From contig CAVQRM010000001.1 in assembly GCA_963715245.1 (NCBI GenBank), positions 965,456-1,029,455 of the forward strand: a stretch of 64,000 bases of DNA, read 5' to 3'. Within the stretch, counting starts at the first letter, position 1, and the number at the start of each line of letters is the position of its first letter. The translations under genes and the position numbers were made by a program. Shown piece by piece: positions 1 to 9,528 of the stretch. Origin of the DNA: an uncultured Chloroflexia bacterium (GTDB lineage: Bacteria > Chloroflexota > Limnocylindria > Limnocylindrales > CSP1-4). The notes under the pieces are model-generated. The model saw only the letters and a list, made by a program, of their open reading frames with translations. It was not told where the DNA came from and made no database searches.

Positions 1-594
1 GCGATCATCGGCCTCGGGCCGCGCGACGAGATCGGCCTCCGCGGGTCCGCTCGGAACGTCCTGGCCGATCGAGCGCGCGATGGGCCACGACGTGGTCATC
101 GTCACCGGCGGCATCGGCCTCGCGCCGCTGCGCCCGCTGATCGACGGCCTCCTCGCGCAGCGCGACCGGTTCGACGCGATCCGCCTCTACTACGGCGCGC
201 GGACGCCGGCCGACCAGCTGTACCGCGAGGAGCTGCGCGGCTGGGCGGCCCGCGGGCGACATCGAGGTGCAGCTCACGTCGACCGCGGGGCGCGCCGACT
301 GGCACGGGCCGGTGGGCGTCGTCACCCACCTGTTCGACCGGGAGACCTGGGACGGCGTCGCGCTCGCTCGCGTTCGTCTGCGGACCCGAGCGGATGATGG
401 AGGCGACGGTCGACGCGCTCGAGGGCCGCGGGCCTCGCCCCGGACCGGATCTTCGTCACGCTCGAGCGCCACATGGAGTGCGGGATCGGCCTGTGCGGGC
501 ACTGCCAGACCGGCCGGCCTGTTCGTGTGCCGGGACGGTCCCGTGTTCGCGCCTCGCCCAGCTGGGCGACGTCTTCGGCAGGGAGGGCATCTGA
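1..594 (+). pseudogene. NAD(P)-linked [NiFe]-hydrogenase gamma subunit (FAD/NAD(P)-binding plus 2Fe-2S). The 5' end lies outside the window and the reading frame is broken about 6 times.
   Basis: Readable only by joining frames: AIIGLGPRDEIGLRG | [51 protein letters not shown] | [27 protein letters not shown] | [21 protein letters not shown] | [22 protein letters not shown] | [10 protein letters not shown] | [13 protein letters not shown]-stop (TGA 592-594). It has a PyrK/HydG-like NAD-binding fold and the C-terminal CGxGxCGxC cluster motif. Confidence 0.7.
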
Positions 595-1450
595 TGGCCG
601 ACCGTCGCCACCCGGCCCGCGCCTCCGCGTCGGCATCGTCAAGATGGCCTCGTGCGACGGCTGCCAGCTCACGCTCCTCGACCTCGAGGACGAGCTGCTG
701 GCGCTCGCGGACCGGTTCGAGATCGTGGAGTTCCCCGAGGCGAGCTCGCTGCGTTCGGCGGGCCCCTACGACGTCCTCCTTGTCGAGGGCTCCGTCAGCA
801 CGCCGGACCAGGCCGAGCGAGATCGTCGAGCTGCGCCGCCAGGCGAAGCTCCTGGTCACGATCGGCGCCTGCGCGAGCTACGGCGGGATCCAGGCGCTCC
901 GCAACTGGTCCGACCACGACGCCTTCCGGGCCGCCGTCTATGCCCACCCGGAGTACGTCGAGTCGCTCGCGACGGCCACGCCCGGTGTCCGAGCACGTCA
1001 AGGTGGACGCCGAGCTCCACGGCTGTCCGATCAGCCCCGAGCAGCTGCGGGAGGTGCTGGTCTCGGTCGCCGTCGGCCGCCGACCCCAGATCCGCGAGGA
1101 GGCCGTGTGCCTCGAGTGCAAGCGCAAGGGCGCGGTGTGCGTGATGGTCGCCCAGGGCCTGCCGTGCCTGGGGCCCGTGACGCAGAGCGGGTGCGGGGCG
1201 CTGTGTCCGACGTTCGGCCGCGGCTGCTACGGCTGCTTCGGACCACGGGAGCAGGCCAACGCGGAGAGCCTCGCGCGGACGTTCGCCATGGGCGGACGCG
1301 AGGGCGAGGACGTCAGCCGGCTGTTCGCCGGGTTCACTGGCTGGTCCGGCCCGTTCCGGGCCGTCATCGCCGAGTACGGCGGGCCGCCCGGACGCACGCC
1401 CGAGCCCATCGCCGCCGCGGCCGGGACGAAGGAAGGGGCCAGCGATGCAC
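594..1450 (+). pseudogene. [NiFe]-hydrogenase small (delta) subunit, with frame breaks. The exact start and stop are unresolved.
   Basis: Segments by frame (coordinate mod 3): [40 protein letters not shown] (frame 2) | [39 protein letters not shown] (frame 0) | [49 protein letters not shown] (frame 1). The Cys pattern is that of group-3 hydrogenase small subunits. ATG 594 overlaps the gamma stop. Confidence 0.65.
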
Positions 1451-2805
1451 GGCGACAACGGCGGCACGCTCACCGTCGACGCCCCCGGCGCCGGAGCGGG
1501 AGTTCAAGGTCCCGTACATCACGCGGGTCGAGGGGGAGGGCTCGCTGCGTCTCCTCGTCCGTGACGGCGAGGTGGTCGAGGCGCGCCTGCAGATCTTCGA
1601 GGCGCCGCGGTACTTCGAGCGGCTGGTCGTCGGGCGGACGGGCGACGAGGTCATCGACATCGTCGCGCGCATCTGCGGCATCTGTCCGATCGCCTACCAG
1701 ATGACGGCGGTCCATGCCTTCGAGGACCTGTACGGCGTCGAGGTCGATCCGTCCGTCCGGGCGCTGCGCCGGCTGCTGTACTGCGGCGAGTGGATCCAGA
1801 GCCACGCGCTCCACGTGTACCTGCTCCACGCGCCGGACTATCCTCGGCTACCCGTCCGCGCTCGCGATGGCCGCCGACCACCGCGACGTCGTGGAGCAGG
1901 GGCTCGCGATCAAGAAGGTCGGCAACCAGCTGATCGCGGCGCTCGGCGGGCGGCCGGTCCACCCCGTGTCGGTGCGGGTCGGCGGGTTCTCGAGGGCGCC
2001 GCGCAGGGCCGATCTCGACGGCGTCCGGCAGGCGCTCGACGCGGTCGTGGCGCAGGCGCGCGCAACCGTCCGCCTGGTGGCCTCGTGGGACCCCGCCGGA
2101 GCTGGCCCATCCCCAGCCTCTGGTCGCCCTTCGCCACCCGGACGAGTACCCGTACAACGACGGCCGGATCGTGTCCACGGACGGACTCGACATCGCCCCG
2201 GGCGCATGGGGCGACGCAATTCGAGGAGCTACCACCTCGAGGGCACGAACGCCCTCCACGCCCGGACGCGATCGGGTGAGGTCTATCTCCTGGGCCCCAC
2301 CGCGCGGATCGCGCTCACCGCAGACACGCTGCACCCGCTCGCGTTCGAGGCGCTGGAGGAGACCGGCCTCGCGGATGCGATCCGGGTCAACATCCATCGC
2401 TCGATCGTCGCGCGCGCGGTCGAGCTCCTCCATGCGTGCGCCGAGGCTCGCGACATCATCGACGGGTACCGCCCGCCGAGCGAGCCCCGCGCCCCGTTCA
2501 CGCCGCGGCCGGGGGTCGCCGCGTGGTCCACGGAGGCACCGCGAGGCCTCCTCCACCACCGCTACGAGGTGGATGCGGACGGACACGTCGTCCACGCCCA
2601 GATCGTCCCCCCGACCAGCCAGAACCAGGGAGCCATCGAGGCCGACCTCACGGCGTTCGCGCCGGCGGTCCTCGAGCTCCCCCATGCCGAGGCCACGCAC
2701 CGCCTCGAGATGCTGATCCGGGCATACGACCCGTGCATCAGCTGCGCGACCCACTTCCTCGATCTCCGGATCGTGGACGCCGGGCGCGAGGAGGGGAACG
2801 GATGA
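1445..2805 (+). pseudogene. [NiFe]-hydrogenase large (alpha) subunit, with about 5 frame breaks.
   Basis: ATG 1445 follows GAAGGGG. Segments: [36 protein letters not shown] (N-terminal RxCGxC Ni-site motif) | [40 protein letters not shown] | [34 protein letters not shown] | FEE | [51 protein letters not shown] (C-terminal DPCxxCxxH motif). Confidence 0.8.
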
Positions 2806-3323
2806 CGCATCTCGCTCCGCCCTCGGTCCGTCTCCTGGTCTGCGGGAACGCGGACCGGGGTGACGACGGGGCGGCACTCTCGGCCGTGGCAACGCTGCTG
2901 CCGTCGCTGCCCGCGGCGCTGCTGGAACGCCTCGAGGTCCGCCGCTGCGGTCACCTCCGGGTCGAGGACCTGACGGACATCCCCGCCGACGAGGTCGCGG
3001 TCGTCGTCGATGCGGCCGTGGGCATCGCGCCCGGGCACGTCGTCACGCTGTCGATCGACGCGATCGCCGCGGACCCGTCCGCCCCCACGCCGCGGTCATC
3101 GCACGAGCTCCCGATCGACCAGGTGCTCGGGCTCGCCAGCGTGATGCGCCCGGGCGGCCTGCCCGAGGGGACCTTCGTCGGGATCGGGGGACGCAGGTTC
3201 GGCTACGGCCGCCCCCTGTCCCGCTCGGTCCGGCTCAACATGGCGGCCTTCCAGGCTGCCATCGCCGCCGAGCTGGGCCGCGTGACGCACGTCTCGCCGG
3301 AGGGCCCGGCGGGATCGGGGTAG
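2802..3323 (+). CDS. Hydrogenase maturation endopeptidase (HycI/HoxW family).
   Basis: The ATG overlaps the large-subunit stop (ATGA). The N-terminus VRLLVCGNADRGDDGAALSAV and later HELPIDQVLGL are typical of Ni-dependent C-terminal processing proteases. The frame is intact. Confidence 0.75.
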   Translation: MTHLAPPSVRLLVCGNADRGDDGAALSAVATLLPSLPAALLERLEVRRCGHLRVEDLTDIPADEVAVVVDAAVGIAPGHVVTLSIDAIAADPSAPTPRSSHELPIDQVLGLASVMRPGGLPEGTFVGIGGRRFGYGRPLSRSVRLNMAAFQAAIAAELGRVTHVSPEGPAGSG

Positions 3324-3446
3324 GGATGATGGCCGGAGGCGGAGACCAACGGCCCCCGTCCTTCGTGCCCCTCCGCCCTCGGGCCGGCCACCGCGCGCGG
3401 GCACGCTTGGAACATCGCTGTGCGGACAGCCCGCGGAGGATCGCTC

Positions 3447-3899
3447 GTGAACATCGTGTCGCTCAAGGCGCCCCGGCTGGTGGGCGATCTCATGGCCCTG
3501 GAGCCCGTCGTCGTCAGGGCCGACGCCCCGCTCGGCGAGGCCGCGAAGCTGCTCGAGGGGCACCACATCTCCGGCCTGCCGGTGGTGGACAAGGCCGGCA
3601 CGCTGGTCGGGGTCATCAGCCAGACGGACCTCCTGCGGGCCCGCGCGACGGAATACCTGTGGGCGAACTGGCCCGGCCTCCGCGTCAAGCACCTCATGAC
3701 GACCCCGGCGCTCACGGTCCATCGCGACCAGCCGCTCGCGATCGCCGCCCGGAAGATGGAGCGCAACCACGTCCATCGCCTGGTCGTGGTCGCCGACAAC
3801 GACGAGACGCTGCCGATCGGCGTCATCTCGGCATCGGATCTCGTCCGCGCGATGGCCGCCCAGCCGGCGGACGCGCCACCCGCGCCCGCGGGCGCCTGA
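3447..3899 (+). CDS. CBS-domain pair protein.
   Basis: GTG 3447 lies 6 nt after GGAGGA (an alternative upstream GTG is at 3420). Two CBS repeats are visible: VGDLMALEPVVVRADAPLGEAAKLLEGHHISGLPVVD and VKHLMTTPALTVHRDQPLAIAARKMERNHVHRLVVV. Confidence 0.75.
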   Translation: MNIVSLKAPRLVGDLMALEPVVVRADAPLGEAAKLLEGHHISGLPVVDKAGTLVGVISQTDLLRARATEYLWANWPGLRVKHLMTTPALTVHRDQPLAIAARKMERNHVHRLVVVADNDETLPIGVISASDLVRAMAAQPADAPPAPAGA

Positions 3900-3959
3900 G
3901 TGCGAAGGCGGTCGTCGGCGCCGGCGCCCGCGTGCCGCGTCCGTCCCGGATGACCGGCG

Positions 3960-4510
<551 letters not shown>

Positions 4511-4511
<1 letters not shown>

Positions 4512-5362
4512 CAGAACCCCTCCGAGAGCGAGCGGACGAGCGACCCCGGCACCGGCAGCGCCGGCGCGATCCCCTTGGCCCGGTCCACGAAGGTCCCGAC
4601 CGTGTACGCCTCCATGACGTCGGACGCGAGGCGCTCCATCGCCTCGGTCGGCGTCATGCCCCAGCCCACCGGGCACGTGGACAGCACCTCGACGATCGAG
4701 AACCCGTGCCCCTCCTGCTGGACCTCGAACGCCCGCCGGATCACCGACTTCATCTTGCCGATGTGGCCCGGGTCGGCGATCGAGGCACGCGCCGCGTAGG
4801 CGACGCCCGGCAGCAGGGACAGCATCTCGGTGACGGGGAGCGGATACCCCGTCGTCGACGCGTCGCGGCCCCGCGGGCTCGACGTCGTCTTCTGGCCGAG
4901 GAGGGTCGTCGGGGCCATCTGGCCGCCGGTCATCCCGTAGATCCCGTTGTTGACGAAGATCGTCGTAAACGGCTCGCCGCGTGCCGCCGCGTGGACGATC
5001 TCGGCGGTCCCGATCGCGGCGAGGTCCCCGTCGCCCTGGTAGGTGAACACGATCCGGTCGGGCCGGTACCGCTTGACGCCCGTGGCGACCGCGGCGGCCC
5101 GCCCGTGCGGGGACTCGACCGCGTCCAGCCGCAGGTAGTCGTACGCGAACACCGAGCAGCCGACCGAGCCGACGAGGATCGTCTTCGACCCCAGCCCGAG
5201 CTCCTCGAGGACCTCGGCGAGGACCCGGTGGACGATCCCGTGACCGCAGCCGGGGCAGTAGCTCGTCGGCTTGGCCGCGTAGAGGGACGGCCGCTGGTAG
5301 ATCAGCCGGCCCTGGCCTGCTTGCGTGGCGGGTGCCGTGCCGCCTGCCGGCGTCGCGCTCAT
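4511..5362 (-). CDS. 2-oxoacid:ferredoxin oxidoreductase, beta (TPP-binding) subunit.
   Basis: YCPGCGHGIVHRVL, the GDGDLAAIG TPP motif and FVNNGIYGMTGGQ. The start overlaps the alpha-subunit stop. Confidence 0.85.
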
Positions 5363-6528
5363 CGCCCGCCTCCCGTCGGTGTCACGCCGGGCGTCGTCGC
5401 CCACGCCCGGCGGACGGCCGCGACGACCTCGTCGGGTGTCGGCACCATGCCGCCCGTCCTGCCGTGATGGAACACGGGGACGTCACCCTCCATCGCGAGC
5501 CGGACGTCCTCGACCAGCTGTCCGGCGGAGAGCTCCACCGCGAGCACCGCACGTGCGCCGATCGCCACCGAGCGAAGGCCGTCGACCGGGAACGGCCACA
5601 GCGTGACGGGCCGGAACAGGCCCACCCGGAGCCCCTGGGCACGTGCGCGCTCGACCGCCGTCCGGGCGACCCGGGCGGCCGTCCCGTACGCGACGAGCAC
5701 GACCTCGGCGTCCTCCACGTCCTCGCCGGCCCAGCGCGGCTCGCGGGCCATGATCTCGCGGTATGTCGCCTGGAGCTCGTCGTTGTACGCCTCGAGGTCC
5801 TCGGGCTTGAGGTGGAGCGAGCGCACGACGCGTGGCTCGCGGTCGAGCGCGCCCTCGATGATCCAGTCGGCCGGCGTCCGCGGCAGGCCCGGGAAGTCCG
5901 GCGCCACGGGCTCCATCGCCTGGCCCAGGATGCCGTCGGTGAGGATCATGACCGGCGTCCGGTACCGCTCCGCGAGGACGAATGCGTGGCCGACGAGCTC
6001 GATGGCCTCGGCGATGGACGACGGCGCCAGCACCGGTACCCGGTAGTCGCCGTGGCCGTGCCCCTTCGTCGCCTGGAAGTAGTCGCCCTGCGCCGCGCCG
6101 ATCGAGCCCAGCCCGGGTCCGCCGCGCATGACGTTGATGAGCACGCACGGCAGCCGCGAGCCGGCCATGTAGGACATCCCCTCGGCCATCAGGCTGATCC
6201 CGGGGCTCGACGAGCTCACCAGCACCCGTGCGCCCGCCGCCGCGGCGCCGAGCGCCATGTTGATCGCAGCGAGCTCGCTCTCCGCCTGGACGAAGACGCG
6301 GCCCTCCTCGGGCATCCGGCGCGCCATCCACTCGAGCAGCTCGGCCTGGGGCGTGATCGGGTAGCCGAAGTACGCGTCGCAGCCCGCCGCGATCGCGGCC
6401 TCCGCGATGGCCTCGTTGCCCTTCATGAGCACGCGTTCGGGCGCGGGGGTCGCCTCGCCGCCGGTCCCGGGCGGCGAGGCGATGGCATGGGGTCGGTCGG
6501 CTGCCGCGGGACGGTCGAGGACGGCCAT
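5359..6528 (-). CDS. 2-oxoacid:ferredoxin oxidoreductase, alpha subunit.
   Basis: LMKGNEAIAEAAIAAGCDAYFGYPITPQAELLEWM..VFVQAESELAAINMALGAAAAGARV..GGPGLGSIGAAQGDY. Substrate type (pyruvate, 2-oxoglutarate or branched-chain) is not resolvable by eye. Confidence 0.85.
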   Translation of the reverse strand: MAVLDRPAAADRPHAIASPPGTGGEATPAPERVLMKGNEAIAEAAIAAGCDAYFGYPITPQAELLEWMARRMPEEGRVFVQAESELAAINMALGAAAAGARVLVSSSSPGISLMAEGMSYMAGSRLPCVLINVMRGGPGLGSIGAAQGDYFQATKGHGHGDYRVPVLAPSSIAEAIELVGHAFVLAERYRTPVMILTDGILGQAMEPVAPDFPGLPRTPADWIIEGALDREPRVVRSLHLKPEDLEAYNDELQATYREIMAREPRWAGEDVEDAEVVLVAYGTAARVARTAVERARAQGLRVGLFRPVTLWPFPVDGLRSVAIGARAVLAVELSAGQLVEDVRLAMEGDVPVFHHGRTGGMVPTPDEVVAAVRRAWATTPGVTPTGGGR

Positions 6529-6532
6529 CGGG

Positions 6533-6817
6533 TCAGGCCTCCTTCGGGCGGGCGTAGATGGTGAGGACGGCGTCGGGGCAGACCCGGGCGCACTTCGCAC
6601 AGCTGGTACAGGCGTCGGGGTCGACGAGGCGGACGACGTGGTGGCCCATGGCATTGACGAAGCGCTCATCGAGCTCGAGGGCGTGCGGCGCGCACACGTC
6701 GACGCAGAGGCCGCATCCCTTGCATCGCTCATCCATCACGACGACCGGTGTGAACGTGGGCGGGCCGGTCGTCAGGTCGCGCAGTGGGGCGTCGACGAGT
6801 GGCGTGGACATGGCCAT
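6533..6817 (-). CDS. 2-oxoacid:ferredoxin oxidoreductase, delta subunit (2x[4Fe-4S] ferredoxin).
   Basis: CKGCGLCVDVCAP and CTSCAKCARVCPD motifs. GGAGG lies 7 nt upstream of the ATG. It is the first gene of the delta-alpha-beta-gamma operon. Confidence 0.8.
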   Translation of the reverse strand: MAMSTPLVDAPLRDLTTGPPTFTPVVVMDERCKGCGLCVDVCAPHALELDERFVNAMGHHVVRLVDPDACTSCAKCARVCPDAVLTIYARPKEA

Positions 6818-6968
6818 GCAGGTACCTCCGGAACCCGAGGATGCTCGCCCGTCCCATACCCCGGGAGGGCCGAAGCGTCATCTCCCGGGGGGCCGGAGAT
6901 CACGTCTCCGCAACGCATTCGTTCCCTTCTCGCAACCCGGAGGTCCCAGCTGACCCGGGGCGGGCCGG

Positions 6969-7427
6969 TCAGTCCGGCAGGGCACGGCGCTTGGGTGCGT
7001 CTCCCGCGAGCGTACGGACGTGCGCGACGAGCTCCTGCTCGGTGAGGCGCTCGGCCGCCGCCGAGTGGACGTGCCGTCGTCGGCCGTGCCGGCGGTCACC
7101 CGCCCGGAGGTCCCGCTCGAGGCGTTCACGAACAAGCCCCGGCCCGACGACCATCACATCGTCGGTGGGCGGCACGTGCGCGGCCACCTCCTCGATGAAC
7201 GCCCGGAGGTGCTCTCGCCTGGCGCGCTCGATCGCGTCGGGCGAGGCTCGTCCGCCGCCGTGGCGGACGGACGGGTCGATCCGGACGTGGCCCGAGGACC
7301 GGTGACGGCCCTCGACGTCGGACCGGACCCGCTCCACCGTCGCGCGGTCGTCCCAGCGGATGATGATCGCTTCCTCGCTGTCGATCCAGACGAGGGTCGT
7401 CGCACCCTCGGCGAGCTGCGCGTGCAT
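6969..7427 (-). CDS. Small protein resembling the host-attachment / bacterial eRF1-like (baeRF) fold family.
   Basis: The N-terminal TLVWIDSEEAIIIRW and central HLRAFIEEVAAHV..DDVMVVGPGLVRERLERDL match my recollection of the host-attachment-protein pattern (tWvlvaD..Arif ... f.r.va..l....d.lvlvgP..lg.lr). No database search was possible. Confidence 0.4.
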   Translation of the reverse strand: MHAQLAEGATTLVWIDSEEAIIIRWDDRATVERVRSDVEGRHRSSGHVRIDPSVRHGGGRASPDAIERARREHLRAFIEEVAAHVPPTDDVMVVGPGLVRERLERDLRAGDRRHGRRRHVHSAAAERLTEQELVAHVRTLAGDAPKRRALPD

Positions 7428-7440
7428 TCGCGCCCTCCGA

Positions 7441-7959
7441 TCAGCGTGCCCAGGCCGGCATTCCGTCGTCCTGGGCGATGTCCGCGTACGCGATGCCCGA
7501 CGTCCGCTCCCACGCGGCGCGGTCGACATGCACGGAGTAGCGGTGGGAGCCGGCGGCGAAGGCGAGCTCCGACGCGTCCCGAAGTCCGATGTCCACGTAC
7601 ACCGGCAGGCCGAACAGCTCGGGCACCGGCGGGATCGAGCCGGGCTCGCAGTCGGGGGCCAGCGCGGCGAATTCCGGCTCGGTGAGCAGCCTGACGTCGG
7701 TGGCGCCAAGCAGTCGCCGCGCCTTGGCCAGGTCCACGTGGTCCTGTGCCTCGACGCCCAGGAGGACCTTGCGCCCGTCGTCGGCGGTCACGCCCACCAC
7801 CTTGAGGAATTGATGTGGGTCGACATGCTCGGCGCGCGCGGTGGCCTCGGCCGTGAACGTCTCGGGATGCTCGCGGATCTCGTACTCGACGTGGCGGCCC
7901 GCCAGCCAGTCGATGAGACCCGGGTGAGGGCCGACGAACCCTGGATGCTGGATGGCCAT
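7441..7959 (-). CDS. YbaK/EbsC-type aminoacyl-tRNA deacylase domain protein.
   Basis: HPETFTAEATARAEHVDPHQFLKVVGV..DGRKVLLGV..DHVDLAKARRLLG..RLLTEPEFAALAPDCEPGSIPP shows the layout of a trans-editing YbaK-like domain. Confidence 0.6.
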   Translation of the reverse strand: MAIQHPGFVGPHPGLIDWLAGRHVEYEIREHPETFTAEATARAEHVDPHQFLKVVGVTADDGRKVLLGVEAQDHVDLAKARRLLGATDVRLLTEPEFAALAPDCEPGSIPPVPELFGLPVYVDIGLRDASELAFAAGSHRYSVHVDRAAWERTSGIAYADIAQDDGMPAWAR

Positions 7960-8080
7960 CTCGCGCCTCCGCTGCTGGCCGGCGCCGCGAGCCCGCGCCC
8001 GCGGGGGCCGGAGCCGGAGGCGAGCATCTCGCGGCACCGCGCCGTTGGCGAGGGGCATCCGTCGGAAGCGGGAGGGGCGG

Positions 8081-8803
8081 ATGGCCCGCTCGTTTTCCCT
8101 CCTCGGTCACACGCGGCTGCGGCTGCGGCGCGGTGCCACGGGATACGCTCGACGCATGGCGAAGCTGACCCCCAAGATCATCCTCGAAGGTACCCGCCTC
8201 ACCCACAAGACCGACCTCGCGTTCGCCCTCAACGAGCACCCGCGGATCGTTGGGCCGCGGCGCTATCGCTACCACTCGCCGCTCATCTCCGCGGAGTGGT
8301 GCGGGTTCACGCCGGTCCCGTGGGGCCGCGGCCCGATCAACTTCGAGGGGCCCGAGGAGGAGGCACGCGCGATGGCCGTGTTCGACGCCTGGACCCGCCT
8401 CATCGAGCTGCAGCCGCACTACTCCTGGATCATCGACCGGTTCCACCTCTCGGCGCGCGCGTACCAGCTGGCGGAGCACGGTCGGGACGTGGAGTTCGGC
8501 TGGCTCGAGGAGCGGTTGCGCGCGCTCGACGTCCACTTGGTGCTGTGCACCCGCCGCGAAGGGACGTGGGAGGAGGCGCGCGCGGAACGGCTGCTCGTCT
8601 CCGGCAAGCCCTCGCAGTACGACGACCTGGACCTGTTCCGCCGCGAGCAGGACCTGCTCCGCCGGCTCGCGGCGGAGTCAATCCTGCCCGTCCTGGAGCT
8701 GGACACGACCGACGGCGACATCGACGCCGCCTGCGAGCGCCTCGCGGACTGGATGGCCTCGACGGGTGGGCTCTGGCCGCGCGGGTACGGGCCCAACGAG
8801 TAG
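8081..8803 (+). CDS. Hypothetical protein with a degenerate P-loop NMP/deoxynucleoside-kinase-like N-terminus.
   Basis: ATG 8081 follows GGGAGGGG; an alternative ATG is at 8156. KIILEGTRLTHKTDLA sits where a Walker A GxxGxGK(S/T) would be, but the glycines and lysine are absent. The rest has no motif I recognise. Confidence 0.5.
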   Translation: MARSFSLLGHTRLRLRRGATGYARRMAKLTPKIILEGTRLTHKTDLAFALNEHPRIVGPRRYRYHSPLISAEWCGFTPVPWGRGPINFEGPEEEARAMAVFDAWTRLIELQPHYSWIIDRFHLSARAYQLAEHGRDVEFGWLEERLRALDVHLVLCTRREGTWEEARAERLLVSGKPSQYDDLDLFRREQDLLRRLAAESILPVLELDTTDGDIDAACERLADWMASTGGLWPRGYGPNE

Positions 8804-8823
8804 GGTCGGGCGGCAGGTCCCGC

Positions 8824-8900
8824 TCCCGTCGTCCGACTCCGCCCTGTCCCGTCGTCCGACTCCGCCCGGGATCCCGGTCCCGTCGTCCGACTCCGCCCTG
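8824..8900. repeat. Three direct copies of TCCCGTCGTCCGACTCCGCCC(TG).
   Basis: Copies lie at 8824-8846, 8847-8869 and 8878-8900. GGGATCCCGG is also duplicated at 8868-8877 and 8907-8916. The array is intergenic, between the 8803 stop and the arsR-like gene. Confidence 0.85.
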
Positions 8901-8995
8901 AGTCAAGGGATCCCGGTTCACGCTCGAGTCGGCGCGCGAACGCGCGGGCTGGCGGTCAATCCATGAGTGACACCTCCCTCCCTGACTCAAGTGCG

Positions 8996-9054
8996 GAGTC
9001 AGGGCAGACGAATCCGAGTCAGGGAGGACGAACCCGAATCAGGCAGACGAAGCC
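8996..9054. repeat. Three abutting ~20-nt copies of GAGTCAGGGNNGACGAANCC, loosely inverse to the 8824-8900 array.
   Basis: GAGTCAGGGCAGACGAATCC (8996-9015), GAGTCAGGGAGGACGAACCC (9016-9035) and GAATCAGGCAGACGAAGCC (9036-9054). Their reverse complement shares the GTC(G/C)TCC...GACTC core with the upstream units. Confidence 0.8.
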
Positions 9055-9133
9055 GAGCTGGAGTCGGCGCGGCCCGGGCCGTCCGGCTCCGACGGCCGCC
9101 GAACGGCCCTCCCGGTTGTGACCCATGGCACTC

Positions 9134-9149
9134 ATGCGCATCTGCGCAT
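9134..9149 (+). promoter_or_regulatory. Perfect 7-2-7 palindrome ATGCGCA-TC-TGCGCAT, a candidate operator for the adjacent ArsR-family regulator.
   Basis: The palindrome is seen directly in the sequence and lies 18 nt upstream of the ATG at 9167. ArsR/SmtB repressors usually bind imperfect palindromes overlapping their own promoter. Confidence 0.35.
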
Positions 9150-9166
9150 ACATCGATGATCAGGCC

Positions 9167-9511
9167 ATGGACGAGATCACGACCCTCCAGGCCGAGGTCC
9201 TCAAGACCCTCGCGAGCCCCCGCCGGCTGGAGATCCTCCACCGCCTGGCGGATGGCCCGTGCGAGGTCGGGCGGCTCGCCGAGGAGATCGGCGCCAGCCA
9301 GCCCAACGTCTCCCAGCACCTCGCCGTCCTCCGGGCTGCGGGGATCGTGGAGGCAGAGCGCGACGGCCGCGAGGTCCGATACCGGCTGGCCGATCCGGAC
9401 GTGATCGTCGCCTGCAACGTCATGCGCGGCGTGCTCCAGCGCCGCCTCACCCGCCTCGGCCTGCTGTCACTGCATGACCAGACAGCCGCCGAGCTCGTCG
9501 AGATCCAGTAG
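9167..9511 (+). CDS. ArsR/SmtB-family transcriptional regulator with two Cys, possibly an SqrR/BigR-like persulfide sensor.
   Basis: LASPRRLEILHRLADGPCEVGRLAEEIGASQPNVSQHLAVLRAAGIV..GREVRYRL is a winged HTH. The cysteines are in DGPCEV and IVACNV. The start is uncertain (alternative ATG at 9125). Confidence 0.75.
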   Translation: MDEITTLQAEVLKTLASPRRLEILHRLADGPCEVGRLAEEIGASQPNVSQHLAVLRAAGIVEAERDGREVRYRLADPDVIVACNVMRGVLQRRLTRLGLLSLHDQTAAELVEIQ

Positions 9512-9528
9512 GGCCAGGAGGCCATCCG

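Noticed and set aside
2700-2805. A selenocysteine (TGA) in the hydrogenase large-subunit C-terminal motif.
   Set aside because: The motif reads DPCISCATH with ordinary Cys codons. The only TGA is the true stop overlapping the protease ATG.
8991-9000. The shared GTGCGGAGTC between the 8.9-kb repeat region and 17580-17590 as evidence for a dispersed element.
   Set aside because: A 10-11-nt match within 64 kb of strongly biased composition is expected by chance, and no extended similarity surrounds it.
8824-9054. Could the short repeat arrays here (and at 17621-17885) be CRISPR arrays?
   Set aside because: The units are 17-27 nt and abut each other, or are separated by only a few bases, so there are no 25-40-nt unique spacers. 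No cas genes are in the window. One array lies in frame inside a coding sequence.
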